From Mycobacteriales bacterium (lineage in GTDB: Bacteria > Actinomycetota > Actinomycetes > JAFAQI01): DNA of 64,000 nt. Made by a program: the position numbers and the translations under genes. Shown here one piece after another: positions 46,957 through 57,755 of the stretch (position 1 is the first letter of the stretch; each line of letters begins with the position of its first letter). The stretch is from NCBI GenBank assembly GCA_035695045.1, contig DASSEX010000081.1, positions 9,881 through 73,880 on the forward strand, written 5' to 3'. The notes under the pieces are model-generated. The model was not told the origin of the DNA and ran no database searches. It saw only the letters and a program-made list of their open reading frames with translations.

Positions 46957-47994
46957 TCAGCGGCTGCGGATCCGCCGACCGCGCTCTTGCTCGAAGCCGG
47001 ACTGTTCCTCCGGGTACGCGTCCTGCGTCGCCGTGTCGTCCTGACCGTCGAACGACGTGTCGACGTCTTCCTCTTCCTGGTAGCGCTCCCGCTCGGCATA
47101 GGCCTCGTAGGTCCGGAAGTCCGCCTCGGTCGCAGGTGCGTCGGTCATCGCGCGCGGCCACAGCTTGTACTGCCGTACGACGTTGACCTCCGCGGCGAGC
47201 AGTACGACCTGGGCCTGCAGGTAGAACCACGAGAGCAGGACGATGACGCCGGCGACATCCTTGCCGTAGGTCTTGCTGGCGCCGCTGAGCTTGTGCGAGA
47301 TGAACGCCGACGCGGCGAGCTGGAGCACCTGAAGCGCGAGCGCCGACAGCAGCGCGCCCGGCAGCGCGTCGCGCCAGCGGACGTGCCGCACCGTCAGCCA
47401 TCGGAAGAGCAGGATGAACAGCGCGGTGTTGAGGACGATGGCGAGCGCGGTGCCCGCGATCCGGATCCCGATGCCGAGGTGGAGCCCACCGATCGAGTGC
47501 ACGCTCGTCACGGCGCTGGCGATGATCGTCGTGACGATGAGTCCGCCTCCGCCCACCACCACGATCCCGAGCGCACGGAGCGTCGACTTGAGGAAGTTCG
47601 GGCGGTCGGTGTGCGAGACGAGGTAGACGGTGTTGAAGGCCGTCTGCGCCGCTTTCGCCACTCCGAGGCCGCTCCACAGGGACAGCGCCAGGCCGACGAC
47701 GAGCGCGACGATGCTGCCGCTCGGCGGCGACGCCGGGAGGTTGATCAGCGGCAGGTTGCGCAGCGCCGACTGGGTGACGCCGTGCTGCAGCTCCGGATGC
47801 CCGTGCAGCACGAACGACATGACCGTCGTCAGCGCGAGCATCAGCGGGAAGATCGAGAAGATGGCGTAGTAGGCGATGAGCGCTGCCAGGTTGCCGGCCT
47901 GGTCTTCGCCGAACTTCTTCAGCACGGCGAACGGGAACGCCGCCCACGTGCGCCGCTGCTGCAGCCGGTCGAGCCGGTCGAGGAAACCCTTCAC
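46957..47994 (-). CDS. YihY/BrkB (virulence factor BrkB / RNase BN-like) family membrane protein
   Basis: About 345 aa from the GTG at 47994 (VKGFLDRLDRLQQRRTWAAFPFA...), the typical family N-terminus. It has 6 TM helices and an acidic C-terminal tail. The 75-aa upstream Ser/Ala/Pro-rich extension is discounted. Confidence 0.65.
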   Translation of the reverse strand: MKGFLDRLDRLQQRRTWAAFPFAVLKKFGEDQAGNLAALIAYYAIFSIFPLMLALTTVMSFVLHGHPELQHGVTQSALRNLPLINLPASPPSGSIVALVVGLALSLWSGLGVAKAAQTAFNTVYLVSHTDRPNFLKSTLRALGIVVVGGGGLIVTTIIASAVTSVHSIGGLHLGIGIRIAGTALAIVLNTALFILLFRWLTVRHVRWRDALPGALLSALALQVLQLAASAFISHKLSGASKTYGKDVAGVIVLLSWFYLQAQVVLLAAEVNVVRQYKLWPRAMTDAPATEADFRTYEAYAERERYQEEEDVDTSFDGQDDTATQDAYPEEQSGFEQERGRRIRSR

Positions 47995-48025
47995 GGACAG
48001 ATCGCTACCCACTGGACGGGCGCGG

Positions 48026-48631
48026 TCACCATCCGGCTTCGCGCCGAACGGTTCCGGCCGGCCGCTCCTCGGGGCCGGGCAGGCCGCCGCCGCCGAAGAC
48101 GAAGTCCCGCTGTGGCCGCCAGGTGCCGTCGGTGTCCTGCTCGAAGAGGCTGAAGCCGTGCACGCGGAAGTCGGCTTCGTAGGTGCCGAGCGCGGCGAAC
48201 GCGTCGTCGAGCGCATCCGCCGGCAGATCGTGGGCCACCGTCACGTGCGGGTGGTAGGGAAATCGGATGTCGCGGTGCAGCGGCCCTTCTCGAACCTTCG
48301 CCTCGAGCCGTTCGCACTCGCTGATGCCTTGGACGAGCGGCACGAAGACGACCGGCGACACCGGCCGGAACGTCGCTGAGCCGCGCAGCCTGATGTCGAA
48401 GTCCTGCTCGCCCATCGCGACGACGCGCAGGTGCTCCTCGATGTCGGGCAAGGAGTCCGAGGGCACCTCCGTCGGGGGCAGCAGGGTCACGTGCGGAGGG
48501 ATGCGCGCAGCGTTGGGATCGCCGAGCCGCTCCCGCCAGCGCTGCAGCTCGCTGTTGAAGGGCTCCGGCAGGCCGATGGCCACACCGATCGATCGGGCGC
48601 CCTCGGCGATGCTGCCTGCTGCCGTCGTCAT
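48026..48631 (-). CDS. 2H phosphoesterase superfamily protein (ThpR/LigT-like RNA 2',3'-cyclic phosphodiesterase)
   Basis: 201 aa with two H-x-T-x motifs (HVTLL and HVTVA) at the canonical spacing. Its ATG overlaps the trpS stop. Confidence 0.75.
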   Translation of the reverse strand: MTTAAGSIAEGARSIGVAIGLPEPFNSELQRWRERLGDPNAARIPPHVTLLPPTEVPSDSLPDIEEHLRVVAMGEQDFDIRLRGSATFRPVSPVVFVPLVQGISECERLEAKVREGPLHRDIRFPYHPHVTVAHDLPADALDDAFAALGTYEADFRVHGFSLFEQDTDGTWRPQRDFVFGGGGLPGPEERPAGTVRREAGW

Positions 48632-49632
48632 CCGCGGGCCGGCAGGAAGCCGACCGCCTCGTAGGCCTGTGCCAGCATCTCCGCCGCCACCTTCCGCGCC
48701 CGCGCTGCGCCGGCCGCGAGTACGTCGTCGAGTGCGGCGCTGTCGTCGAGCCAGCGTTGCGTGCGTTCGCGGTACGGCGTCGCGAACTCGGTGAATGCGT
48801 CGGCGACGTCACCCTTGAGCGCGCCATAGCCCTTGCCGGCGTAGTCGGGGACGACATCGGCCACGCTGCGGTCGGTGAGGGCGGCGAGGATCGTCAGGAG
48901 GTTGGACACGCCCGGCTTCTGCTGCGGGTCGAACCGGATCTCCGTCTCGGTGTCGGTGACGGCGCGCTTGATCTTCTTCGCGTTCACCCCGGGCTCGTCG
49001 AGCAGCCACAGGCAACCGGCGCCGCCGATGCTCTTCGACATCTGCTTCTCGACCACCTGCAGGTCGTAGATCTTGCCGGTCTCCTTGAGGATGAACGGCT
49101 CCGGCACGACAAACGTCTCACCGAACCGGGTGTTGAACCGCTGCGCGAGGTCGCGGGTCAGCTCGAGATGTTGACGCTGGTCCTCGCCGACAGGGACCTG
49201 GGCGGCGCGGTAGAGCAGGATGTCGGCGGCCATCAGCATCGGGTAGGTGAACAGCCCGACGGTGGACTCCTGCTGGCGCGACGACTTGTCCTTGAACTGG
49301 GTCATCCGGCTGGCCTCGCCGTAGCCGGTGAGGCAGCTCATCACCCAGCCGAGCTGCGCGTGCTCCTCGATGTGACTCTGCACGAACAGCGTGCAGCGGT
49401 CCGGGTCGAGCCCGGCAGCAAGCAGTTGCGCCGCGGCGACACGGGTGCGCTGGCGCAGCTCCGCCGGATCCCAGGCAACGGTGATCGCGTGCAGGTCGAC
49501 GACGCAGTAGAACGCGTCGTGGGAGTCCTGCAGGGCAACCCACTGCCGGACCGCGCCGAGGTAGTTGCCGAGATGGAACGAGTCGGCCGTCGGCTGGATG
49601 CCGGACAGCACACGTGGGCGGTCGGCGGGCAT
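48628..49632 (-). CDS. trpS: tryptophan--tRNA ligase
   Basis: 334 aa. Carries the HIGH-class motif ([10 protein letters not shown]) and KMSKS. Confidence 0.95.
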   Translation of the reverse strand: MPADRPRVLSGIQPTADSFHLGNYLGAVRQWVALQDSHDAFYCVVDLHAITVAWDPAELRQRTRVAAAQLLAAGLDPDRCTLFVQSHIEEHAQLGWVMSCLTGYGEASRMTQFKDKSSRQQESTVGLFTYPMLMAADILLYRAAQVPVGEDQRQHLELTRDLAQRFNTRFGETFVVPEPFILKETGKIYDLQVVEKQMSKSIGGAGCLWLLDEPGVNAKKIKRAVTDTETEIRFDPQQKPGVSNLLTILAALTDRSVADVVPDYAGKGYGALKGDVADAFTEFATPYRERTQRWLDDSAALDDVLAAGAARARKVAAEMLAQAYEAVGFLPARG

Positions 49633-49643
49633 GTGCCCATTGT

Positions 49644-50948
49644 CTACGACGGCGACTCGTTGTCCTCGGGCACGTCGAGAGGAGTCACGCGGACCCGGGC
49701 GATGCGGCGGCCGTCCATCTTGGTGACCTTCAGCCGGACCGAGTCGACCTCCACGGCGTCGCCGTTGCGGGGCAGCCGCCCGAGGCGCGACATCAGGCAG
49801 CCGGCAACGGTCTCGTAGGGACCGTCGGGCAGCTCGTGTCCGGTCGACTCGGCGAAGTCGTCGAGGTTGAGCAGGCCGTCGACCTCCATGTCGCCGCCAC
49901 GCAGTCGGCGCGTCTCGTCGTCGACGACGTCGTACTCGTCGCGGATGTCCCCGATCAGCTCCTCGATGAGGTCCTCGAGGGTGACGATGCCGGCGGTCCC
50001 GCCGTACTCGTCGACGACGACGGCGAGATGGTCGCCGGAGCGGCGCATCTCCGACATCGCCGGCAGCACCATCTTGGTCGCCGGCAGCATCAGCACCTCA
50101 CGCGCGAGATCACCCACCTTCGCACCGCGACGCGCCGCCCCGGTCGGCGTGTAGAGGTCGCGCACGTGCACGAAGCCGACGACCTCGTCGTGGGAGCCGC
50201 GGACGACCGGATAGCGCGAGTGCGGCAGCGACTGCACGGTGCGCACGGCCCGCGCGAGACTCCAGCCGGCGTCGAGGAACTCGACCTCGGTGCGCGGCAC
50301 CATCACCTCGCGCAGCTGGCGCTCTCCGGCCTCGAAAACTTCGTCGATGAGCCGGCGCTCGTCGCCGCTGAGCGCCTCGTGCGCCGTGACGAGGTCGCGC
50401 AGCTCTTCTTCGGTGATGTTCTCGCGCGAGACCGAGGGATCGCCGCCCGCGAGACGCACGAACAGGTCCGTGCTCTTCGAGAGGAACCAGATCACCGGCC
50501 GCATCAGCCGGGCGAACCGTTCGAGTGGGGGGCCGAGCAGGAGCGCCGTTCCCTCTGCGCGCTGCAGACCGAGCCGCTTGGGCACCAGCTCGCCGAGCAG
50601 GATCGTGACGTAGGAGATGCCGAGCACGACGACCACGAAACCGATCACGTCGGCGACGCTCTTGGACAGCCCCGCCCGCTCGAGTGCATGACCCACCGGA
50701 TGCCCGAGAGTGGCCTCACCGAAGGCACTGACCAGGATCGCGGTCGTCGTCACGCCGATCTGGATCGCACCGAGGAAGCGGTTGGGGTTGTGCACCAGGT
50801 CGACGACGTGCCGGCCGCGGCTTCCCTGATCGCCGATGGCGCGGACCTGACCCTCGCGCAGCGAGACCAGGGCGATCTCAGCGGCCACGAACAGGCCGCT
50901 GAGCAGCACCAGCACGATGACGACGACGACGCTCGCCCAGACGGGCAC
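49644..50948 (-). CDS. hemolysin/CNNM family protein (DUF21 TM domain + CBS pair + CorC_HlyC)
   Basis: 434 aa. An N-terminal 4-TM DUF21 domain is followed by tandem CBS domains and a C-terminal transporter-associated domain. Confidence 0.85.
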   Translation of the reverse strand: MPVWASVVVVIVLVLLSGLFVAAEIALVSLREGQVRAIGDQGSRGRHVVDLVHNPNRFLGAIQIGVTTTAILVSAFGEATLGHPVGHALERAGLSKSVADVIGFVVVVLGISYVTILLGELVPKRLGLQRAEGTALLLGPPLERFARLMRPVIWFLSKSTDLFVRLAGGDPSVSRENITEEELRDLVTAHEALSGDERRLIDEVFEAGERQLREVMVPRTEVEFLDAGWSLARAVRTVQSLPHSRYPVVRGSHDEVVGFVHVRDLYTPTGAARRGAKVGDLAREVLMLPATKMVLPAMSEMRRSGDHLAVVVDEYGGTAGIVTLEDLIEELIGDIRDEYDVVDDETRRLRGGDMEVDGLLNLDDFAESTGHELPDGPYETVAGCLMSRLGRLPRNGDAVEVDSVRLKVTKMDGRRIARVRVTPLDVPEDNESPS

Positions 50949-51037
50949 TCAGCACCCCCCACTTCCCGTTGAGGGCGACGATAAGTGTCCTATGAGGGGG
51001 TCCATAAGACACACAACGTCACACTCAACAGGAGCGG

Positions 51038-51994
51038 TCAGAGATTGGCGACGTCGGCCTGTTTGGCGCGGACCGCCTCGGCGGCCTCCTTGAGGCCGGC
51101 GAGCTCCGTGTCGGTGAGGTCGCGCTCGACGACCTTGCGTACGCCACCCTTGCCGAGCTCCGCCTCGACGCCGAGGTAGACGCCGGAGATGCCGTACTCG
51201 CCGTCGACCCACGTGCACACCGGCATCACCGCTCCGCTGTCCTCGGCAACGGCCCGCGCCATGCGTGCCGCGGCCGCGGACGGCGCGTAGTAGGCCGAGC
51301 CGGTCTTCAGCAACGCCACGACCTCGGCGCCGCCGTTTCGAGTGCGGTCGACGAGCTCGTCGATCTTCGCCTGGTCGAGCACGTCGGACAGCGGTTTGCC
51401 GTCGACCTTGCACGCGCTCGGCACCGGCACCATCGTGTCGCCGTGCGAGCCCAGCGTGAGCGTGGTCACGGACGACACCGGGACGTTCGCCGCCTCGGCG
51501 ACGTTGTTGGTGAACCGCGCGGTGTCGAGCATGCCGGCCTGGCCGATGACGCGGTTCTTCGGGAAGCCGGTGGCGATCTGGGCCAGAGCGGTCATCTCGT
51601 CGAGCGGGTTGGAGACGACGATGACGACGGCCTCGGGTGAGTACTTCGCGACGTTCTCGGCCACCTGGCGCACGATCTTCGCGTTGGTCTCGATGAGGTC
51701 CATGCGGCTCATGCCGGGCTTGCGCGGCAGCCCGGCCGTGATGACGACGATGTCGGAGTCAGCCGTCTTCTCGTAGCCGGAACCGTCCTGGCCCGTGGTG
51801 ACACCGACGACCTGCGTCTCGAAGCCCTCGATCGGGCGGGACTGGTTGAGGTCGAGGGCGAGCCCCTCCGGCTTTCCCTCCACGATGTCGGTGAGGACGA
51901 CGGTCTCGAAGACGTCGTACTCGGCAAGTCGCTGCGCGGTCGTGCTGCCGTAGAAACCGGCTCCGACGACCGTGACCTTTCCAGACCGTGCCAC
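51038..51994 (-). CDS. mdh: malate dehydrogenase (LDH-like family)
   Basis: 318 aa. Contains the VTVVGAGFYGST Rossmann loop and the catalytic-region motif SNPLDEMT. Confidence 0.9.
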   Translation of the reverse strand: MARSGKVTVVGAGFYGSTTAQRLAEYDVFETVVLTDIVEGKPEGLALDLNQSRPIEGFETQVVGVTTGQDGSGYEKTADSDIVVITAGLPRKPGMSRMDLIETNAKIVRQVAENVAKYSPEAVVIVVSNPLDEMTALAQIATGFPKNRVIGQAGMLDTARFTNNVAEAANVPVSSVTTLTLGSHGDTMVPVPSACKVDGKPLSDVLDQAKIDELVDRTRNGGAEVVALLKTGSAYYAPSAAAARMARAVAEDSGAVMPVCTWVDGEYGISGVYLGVEAELGKGGVRKVVERDLTDTELAGLKEAAEAVRAKQADVANL

Positions 51995-51996
51995 TG

Positions 51997-53100
51997 CTAT
52001 TTCATCTCCTCGAGCTTTGCGATGATCGCGTCGGCGTACTCACTTGTGCCCACCGCGGTCGGGTCGTCACGGGTCGGCTTCATGTCATAGGTCGTGTTCT
52101 TGCCCTCGCGGATGACATCGGCGACAGCGTGCTCGAGGTTCTCGGCGGCCTTGCCCTCACCGAGGTGCTTGAGCATCAACATGCCGGACAGGATCATCGC
52201 GGTCGGGTTGACCTTGTTCTGCCCCTTGTACTTCGGCGCGGACCCGTGCGTCGCCTCGAAGACGGCGGCGTTCTTGCCGATGTTGGCGCCGGGAGCGACA
52301 CCGAGACCGCCCACCATCCCTGCGGTCAGGTCGCTCAGGATGTCGCCGTAGAGGTTGGGCAGCACCAGCACGTCCCACTCGTCCGGCCGCTGGATGAGCC
52401 CCATGCAGGTCGCGTCGACGAGGTTCTCCCACGGGTCGATGTCGGGGAACTCCTTGGCCACCTCGCGGAACACCGACAGGAACAGACCGTCGGTGTGCTT
52501 CATGATGTTGCTCTTCGTCACGCAGTGGACGCGCTTGCGCCCGTTGTCCCGGGCGTACTCGAACGCGTAACGGATGATCCGCTCCGAGCCGAACTCGCTC
52601 ATCGGCTTGATGGAGATGCCGGACCCCTCGCGGATCTTCTTCTCCTGCAGCCCGTTGAGGAACTCGATGACCTTGTCGGCGTCCTCCGAGTGCGCGGGGT
52701 ACTCGATGCCGGCATAGAGGTCCTCGGTGTTCTCGCGCACGATCACGACGTCGACGTTGTCGAACCTGCTGCGCACACCGGCATAGGACTTGCAGGGGCG
52801 CAGGCATGCGTAGAGGTCGAGCTCGTAGCGCAGCGCGACGTTGACCGAACGGAAGCCGGTGCCGATCGGCGTCGTGATCGGACCCTTGATGGCGACGCCG
52901 TTGCGGCGCACCGAGTCGATCGTCTCCTGCGGCAGCGGCGTGCCGGCGGTCTCCATGATGTCGACGCCGGCTTCCTGGACGTCCCAGTCGAAGTCCGAGC
53001 CGACCGTGCCGGCGGCCGCTTCGAGCACGCGACGGGTGGCCTCGGCGAGCTCGGGACCGGTCCCGTCGCCCGGGATCAGCGTCACGCGATGCGTGGTCAT
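51997..53100 (-). CDS. icd: isocitrate dehydrogenase (isocitrate/isopropylmalate dehydrogenase family)
   Basis: 367 aa. The segment NLYGDILSDLTAGMVGGLGVAPGANIG...EATHGSAPKYKGQNKVNP resembles the E. coli-type IDH C-terminal active-site segment. Confidence 0.75.
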   Translation of the reverse strand: MTTHRVTLIPGDGTGPELAEATRRVLEAAAGTVGSDFDWDVQEAGVDIMETAGTPLPQETIDSVRRNGVAIKGPITTPIGTGFRSVNVALRYELDLYACLRPCKSYAGVRSRFDNVDVVIVRENTEDLYAGIEYPAHSEDADKVIEFLNGLQEKKIREGSGISIKPMSEFGSERIIRYAFEYARDNGRKRVHCVTKSNIMKHTDGLFLSVFREVAKEFPDIDPWENLVDATCMGLIQRPDEWDVLVLPNLYGDILSDLTAGMVGGLGVAPGANIGKNAAVFEATHGSAPKYKGQNKVNPTAMILSGMLMLKHLGEGKAAENLEHAVADVIREGKNTTYDMKPTRDDPTAVGTSEYADAIIAKLEEMK

Positions 53101-53157
53101 GTCAGGTCTCCAGGCGTTCAGGGGGCGAATTCGAGGCTATCCGAGCGGTGCCGCCGC

Positions 53158-53463
53158 TCATTGGGCCGGGAAGGGGGTGACGAGAGCGAGCACTCCGATC
53201 GCGGCGCCGAGAGAAGCCAGGAGTACGACGTCGACCTGCCGGCTGCGCACGACCAGCGAGCCTGCGTCGCGGGGCCGCAGCACGAGCCGAAGGAACGCGC
53301 CGACGATCAGCGCGCCCGAGATGACGAGCATGCCGAGCTGCGGTCGCCGCAGCACAGCGACGACGATGCCGACCGCGACGCCGGCGACGACGAGCACCAG
53401 CGGGTCCGGGCGGCGGCGTACGGGCGGCGGCGCCGTCGGATGTGGCGCCGGGTCCGAGGTCAC
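53158..53463 (-). CDS. DUF3017-like small membrane protein
   Basis: About 101 aa from a GTG overlapping the upstream stop (GTGA). It has two TM helices (LVLVVAGVAVGIVVAVL ... VLLASLGAAIGVLALV). Confidence 0.45.
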   Translation of the reverse strand: MTSDPAPHPTAPPPVRRRPDPLVLVVAGVAVGIVVAVLRRPQLGMLVISGALIVGAFLRLVLRPRDAGSLVVRSRQVDVVLLASLGAAIGVLALVTPFPAQ

Positions 53464-53882
53464 GGGTTGGTGCCGGGCTGTTGCGGTGGCGGCTGGTCGC
53501 CGGAGAGAACAGAGACAGCCAGGTCGGCCTGCGCGGCGCGCACCAGCACATGGTCGGTCGTGAACCCCGACACGGACGTGAACGGGATCTGCGCGCCGGC
53601 CAGCCGTCCGGCCACGTCCGCGAGAAACCCGACCAGCTCCCACGGCAGCGGGCCCGCAAACGTGATCCGCCGCCACCCGGCGTCGACCTGAAGGGCATCG
53701 GCGGACCAGGCCGGGTCGTCGAGCATCGCCTCGGGCAGGATCACCGTCGTCTCGTCCTCGGACGCCACGATCGCGGTGAAGGCGTCCGCCGGAAGCGGAG
53801 CGGGCTGCCACCCCTGCGGGCACCGCACGACGGCGAGGTGCGTGGGGTCGAGTCGCGGATGCAGGTCGGTCGCCGCAGCCAT
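53460..53882 (-). CDS. hypothetical protein (possible ACT/regulatory-like fold)
   Basis: About 141 aa from MAAATDLHPR. No catalytic motif is evident. It is translationally coupled to the downstream DUF3017 gene. Confidence 0.4.
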   Translation of the reverse strand: MAAATDLHPRLDPTHLAVVRCPQGWQPAPLPADAFTAIVASEDETTVILPEAMLDDPAWSADALQVDAGWRRITFAGPLPWELVGFLADVAGRLAGAQIPFTSVSGFTTDHVLVRAAQADLAVSVLSGDQPPPQQPGTNP

Positions 53883-54004
53883 TCCGCCCGAATCCTCCCG
53901 CCGCCGTCGCACGGGCAGTCTAACGACGCAGCCGAGCAGGTGACGGGTGTGTCGCCCCCGGTGGGGTGGGTAGGCCGAGTGAGGAAGAAATGTGACCGCA
54001 ACAG

Positions 54005-54634
54005 GTGAAGGGAACGCGCGTGGACACGCCGTACCTGCGAGTCGAGGACACCGGATCGGTGTTCGAGCTGCGCACCGAGGTCACGACCGTCGGTCGCGGC
54101 GAGGGCGTCGACATCGCGCTCGACGATCCCAGCGTCTCGCGGCTGCACGCGGAGCTCGTGCGCCGCGGACCGCACGTCTACATCGCCGACCTCGGACTGT
54201 CCGCCAACGGAACACGGGTCAACGGACGGCCGGTCGGGCGACGCATTCTTGCCGACGGCGACGTGCTCAGCTTCGGTGCGGCACGGGCTCGCATGGGCGG
54301 GCTGGCGAAGTCCGAGGCGGCTGCTGAGGAGACCGTCGAGCTGCGCAGGGTCGCGGCTCCGGATCTCACCCGTCGCGAGGTCGAGGTCCTCCAGGCACTG
54401 TGCCGGCCGGCGCTCCGCCACGAAGCCTTCGTCGCGCCCGCCACGGCCAAGGACGTCGCGGACGAGCTCGTCGTCACCGAGGCAGCGGTGAAGCAGCACC
54501 TGTTGCGTCTCTACCAGAAGTTCCGCATCCCCGAGGGCGGCAACCGACGCGGACGGCTGGCGAACGAGGTCATCGCACTGGGCGTCGTCCGCCCTGTTCC
54601 CAACGGCGAAGACCAGGTAAGACGCGCGGGCTGA
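54005..54634 (+). CDS. FHA-domain transcriptional regulator with C-terminal LuxR/GerE-type HTH
   Basis: 209 aa. An N-terminal FHA domain (TTVGRGEGVDIALDDPSVSRLHAEL...NGTRVNGRPV) is followed by a C-terminal HTH (TRREVEVLQALCRP...ELVVTEAAVKQHLLRLYQKF). Confidence 0.65.
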   Translation: MKGTRVDTPYLRVEDTGSVFELRTEVTTVGRGEGVDIALDDPSVSRLHAELVRRGPHVYIADLGLSANGTRVNGRPVGRRILADGDVLSFGAARARMGGLAKSEAAAEETVELRRVAAPDLTRREVEVLQALCRPALRHEAFVAPATAKDVADELVVTEAAVKQHLLRLYQKFRIPEGGNRRGRLANEVIALGVVRPVPNGEDQVRRAG

Positions 54635-54638
54635 GGCC

Positions 54639-55502
54639 CTAGCTGCTGACCCGACGTTCGGCGGCTTCGACGCAGTTGCGGAAGAGCATCGCGATGGTGG
54701 TCGGGCCGACGCCACCGACGCGCGGCGTTATCGCGCCGGCGACCTCCTCGCAGGACTCGTCGACGTCGGGAAGCAGTCGCTTGCCTTCGTACCGCACACC
54801 GGCACCGATGACCGTCGCTCCCGGTCGGATGTGCTCGGGCTGGATCATGCCGGGCACTCCTGCCGCGGCGATGACGATGTCGGCGCGACGCGTGTAGTCG
54901 CTCCAGTCCGGGACACCCGTGTGCACGAGCGTCACCGCTGCGTTCGCGGTCGGGCGCTTCTGCGACAGCAGGATCGACAGCGGACGGCCGATCGTGAAAC
55001 CACGGCCGACGACGCAGACGTTGCGGCCCGCGACAGGGATCTCGTAGTGCGTGAGAATCGCCTCGATCCCCGCCGGCGTACACGGCTTTGGGCCCGGCAT
55101 GTCGAGAGCAAGGCGGCCCATGTTCGTCGGATGAGCGGCGTCGGCGTCCTTGTCCGGGTCGATCTCGTAGAGAGCCTTCTCGTAGTCGAGGTGCGCGGGG
55201 ATCGGGTACTGCAGCAGGATCGCGTCGACGTCACGGGCGTCGTTGAACCCGCGGATCTTCGCGTGCAGTCCCTCCTGCGTGGCGGTCGCCGCAAGATGCA
55301 CGTGGTGCCCCGGGTTGAAGCCGAGCTCAGCAGCCTTGTTCTGCTTCATCGCGACGTAGCGCTCGCTCGGCTCGTCGTCGCCCACGAGGATCGTCGCCAG
55401 ACCCGGCGGATGACCGAGCTCGCGGAGCTTCTCGATGCGCGGGGCGAGGTCGTCGAAAACGGCCTGCGCGACCGGCGCGCCGGGCAGCAGTCGTGCGGTC
55501 AT
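54639..55502 (-). CDS. folD: bifunctional methylenetetrahydrofolate dehydrogenase / methenyl-THF cyclohydrolase
   Basis: 287 aa from the internal ATG (MTARLLPGAPVAQAV...). Contains VCVVGRGFTIGRPL and DVGI-type FolD motifs. The RBS ggag lies in the 8-nt spacer after purH. Confidence 0.9.
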   Translation of the reverse strand: MTARLLPGAPVAQAVFDDLAPRIEKLRELGHPPGLATILVGDDEPSERYVAMKQNKAAELGFNPGHHVHLAATATQEGLHAKIRGFNDARDVDAILLQYPIPAHLDYEKALYEIDPDKDADAAHPTNMGRLALDMPGPKPCTPAGIEAILTHYEIPVAGRNVCVVGRGFTIGRPLSILLSQKRPTANAAVTLVHTGVPDWSDYTRRADIVIAAAGVPGMIQPEHIRPGATVIGAGVRYEGKRLLPDVDESCEEVAGAITPRVGGVGPTTIAMLFRNCVEAAERRVSS

Positions 55503-55510
55503 GCAGCTCC

Positions 55511-57067
55511 TCAGTGGAAGAAGTGACGCGTGCCGGTGAAGTACAGCGTCACGCCCGCCGTCTTGCAGGCCTCGATCGTTTCGTCGTCGCGGACGGACCC
55601 ACCCGGTTGCACGATGGCGCGAACGCCCGCATCGATAAGGACGCCGGGCCCGTCGGCGAACGGGAAGAACGCGTCGCTCGCCGCGACCGACCCCTTGGCG
55701 CGGTCGCCGGCCCGCGACACCGCCAGCCGGCACGAGTCCACGCGGTTGACCTGCCCCATGCCGATGCCGACGGTGGCCTCGTCGTTGGCGAGCAGGATGG
55801 CGTTGGACTTGACCGAACGGGCCGCGCGCCAGGCGAACTCGAGGTCGCGCAACGTCGCGTCGTCGGCGGCGTCGCCCGCTTGCAGCGTCCAGGTCCCCGG
55901 GTCGTCGCCGTCAGCCGTCACTCTGTCGACGGACTGCATGAGCAAGCCACCGGACACGCTCCTGGTCTCGACCTCGAGTGCGGCGGGCGGCTGCACCCGA
56001 AGGATCCGGATCGATGGCTTCCGCGCGAGGATCTCGACCGCACCGGGCTCGTAGTCGGGCGCCGCGATGACCTCGGTGAAGACGTCGGCGACCTGCTCGG
56101 CCATCGCGACCGACACCGTCGCATTGGTGGCGATGACACCACCGAACGCGGACACGGGATCGCAGGCGTGCGCCTTGCGGTGCGCATCCGCGACGTCCGC
56201 GCCGGTCGCGATGCCGCACGGGTTCGCGTGCTTGATGATCGCGACGCACGTGCCACGGAAGTCGTTCGCCGCGCGCAGCGCGGCGTCGGTGTCGACGTAG
56301 TTGTTGTACGACATCTGCTTGCCGTGCAGCTGCTCCGCCTGGGCGAGTCCCCCGGGACCGTACGGCGACCGGTAGAGGGCGGCGCGCTGGTGCGGGTTCT
56401 CGCCGTAGCGAAGGACATCCGCACGTTCCCAGGAGGCGGCCACCCAGTCCGGGAACCCGGTGCCCTCATCCGTCGGCGCGAGCACGCTGGACATCCATGA
56501 CCCGACCGCGATGTCGTAGCTCGCGGTGTGCTGGAACGCCTTCGCGGCCAGCCGCCGGCGCTGCTCGAGTGTGAACCCGCCGTCCCGGAGGGCATCGCGC
56601 ACGTCGCCGTACGACGCCGGGTCCACGACAACGGCGACCGACGGATGGTTCTTCGCTGCAGCGCGCACCATCGACGGACCACCGATGTCGATCTGCTCCA
56701 CGCACTCGTCCGGAGTTGCGCCGCTCGAGACCGTCTCGACGAAGGGATAGAGGTTCACGACGACGAGGTCGAACGGCTCGACGCCGAGCTCTTCGAGCTG
56801 TTGCGCGTGTTCGGGCTTGCGCAGGTCGGCGAGGATGCCCGCGTGCACCTTCGGGTGCAGCGTCTTCACCCGGCCGTCGAGACATTCGGGAAACCCGGTG
56901 AGCTCCTCCACCGCGGTGACGGGCACACCGGCGTCGCGCAGCCGGGCAGCGGTCGAACCGGTCGACACCACCTGCACTCCCGCCGCTGCCAGCGCAGCGC
57001 CGAGCTCGTCGAGACCGGTCTTGTCGTAGACGCTGACCAGCGCTCGCCTGATGGGACGCCTGCTCAT
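55511..57067 (-). CDS. purH: bifunctional AICAR transformylase / IMP cyclohydrolase
   Basis: 518 aa from [18 protein letters not shown]. The MGS-like and AICARFT domains span the whole length. Confidence 0.95.
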   Translation of the reverse strand: MSRRPIRRALVSVYDKTGLDELGAALAAAGVQVVSTGSTAARLRDAGVPVTAVEELTGFPECLDGRVKTLHPKVHAGILADLRKPEHAQQLEELGVEPFDLVVVNLYPFVETVSSGATPDECVEQIDIGGPSMVRAAAKNHPSVAVVVDPASYGDVRDALRDGGFTLEQRRRLAAKAFQHTASYDIAVGSWMSSVLAPTDEGTGFPDWVAASWERADVLRYGENPHQRAALYRSPYGPGGLAQAEQLHGKQMSYNNYVDTDAALRAANDFRGTCVAIIKHANPCGIATGADVADAHRKAHACDPVSAFGGVIATNATVSVAMAEQVADVFTEVIAAPDYEPGAVEILARKPSIRILRVQPPAALEVETRSVSGGLLMQSVDRVTADGDDPGTWTLQAGDAADDATLRDLEFAWRAARSVKSNAILLANDEATVGIGMGQVNRVDSCRLAVSRAGDRAKGSVAASDAFFPFADGPGVLIDAGVRAIVQPGGSVRDDETIEACKTAGVTLYFTGTRHFFH

Positions 57068-57669
57068 CCGAGCCGCACCTTTCTTCCGTCGACCTTCCAA
57101 CCGTCGCGCACCATGCGGCCGACGACTTCTATCAACAGCTTGCGCTCGACTGCCTTGATCCGCTCGTGCAGAGCGCTCTCGTCGTCGCCGTCCTCGACGG
57201 TCACCGCCTGCTGAGCGATCACCGGGCCGGTGTCCACGCCGCCGTCGACCAGATGAACCGTGCAGCCGGTCACGTGCACGCCGTAGTGCAACGCGTCGCG
57301 GACGGCGTGCGCTCCGGGGAACGACGGCAGCAGCGCAGGGTGTGTGTTGACGACGGTGAAGCGTTCGAGGAACCGCTTGCCGAGGATCTTCATGTATCCG
57401 GCGGAGACCACGAGGTCCGGCGCGTACGCCGCGACGGTGTCCGTCAGTGCCGCGTCCCAGTCATCGCGGTCGGCGAATTCCGTCACGGGCAGCGCGAAGG
57501 TCGGCACCTGCGCCCGCTCCGCGCGAAGCAGGCCTTCGATGCCGGCACGATCCGCTCCGACGACGCTCACCGCGGCGCCGTACGCGGGATCCGCGCATGC
57601 ATCGAGCAGCGCCTGGAGGATGGAACCGCCTCCGGAGACGAGGACGGCAAGCCGCGCGGGCAGGGTGAT
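57064..57669 (-). CDS. purN: phosphoribosylglycinamide formyltransferase
   Basis: PurN core is [20 protein letters not shown] ... [12 protein letters not shown] ... [14 protein letters not shown]. There is no in-frame ATG or GTG near the domain start, so a CTG/TTG start near 57669 is inferred. The ORF-track ATG at 58008 would add about 105 Arg-rich residues and overlap DUF2752. Confidence 0.7.
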   Translation of the reverse strand: MTLPARLAVLVSGGGSILQALLDACADPAYGAAVSVVGADRAGIEGLLRAERAQVPTFALPVTEFADRDDWDAALTDTVAAYAPDLVVSAGYMKILGKRFLERFTVVNTHPALLPSFPGAHAVRDALHYGVHVTGCTVHLVDGGVDTGPVIAQQAVTVEDGDDESALHERIKAVERKLLIEVVGRMVRDGWKVDGRKVRLG

Positions 57670-57755
57670 CTCCTCGGGTCGTCCGGGGAAGACGCTGCCA
57701 CGATATCGGTCCGCGCACGCTGGGCGGGGCCGGACGCATCTGCGATGCTGCGGCT

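Noticed and set aside
46930-53691. Plus-strand ORFs of 407, 452 and 567 aa antisense to the yihY, CNNM and icd/mdh genes
   Set aside because: Shadow ORFs opposite strongly supported housekeeping genes.
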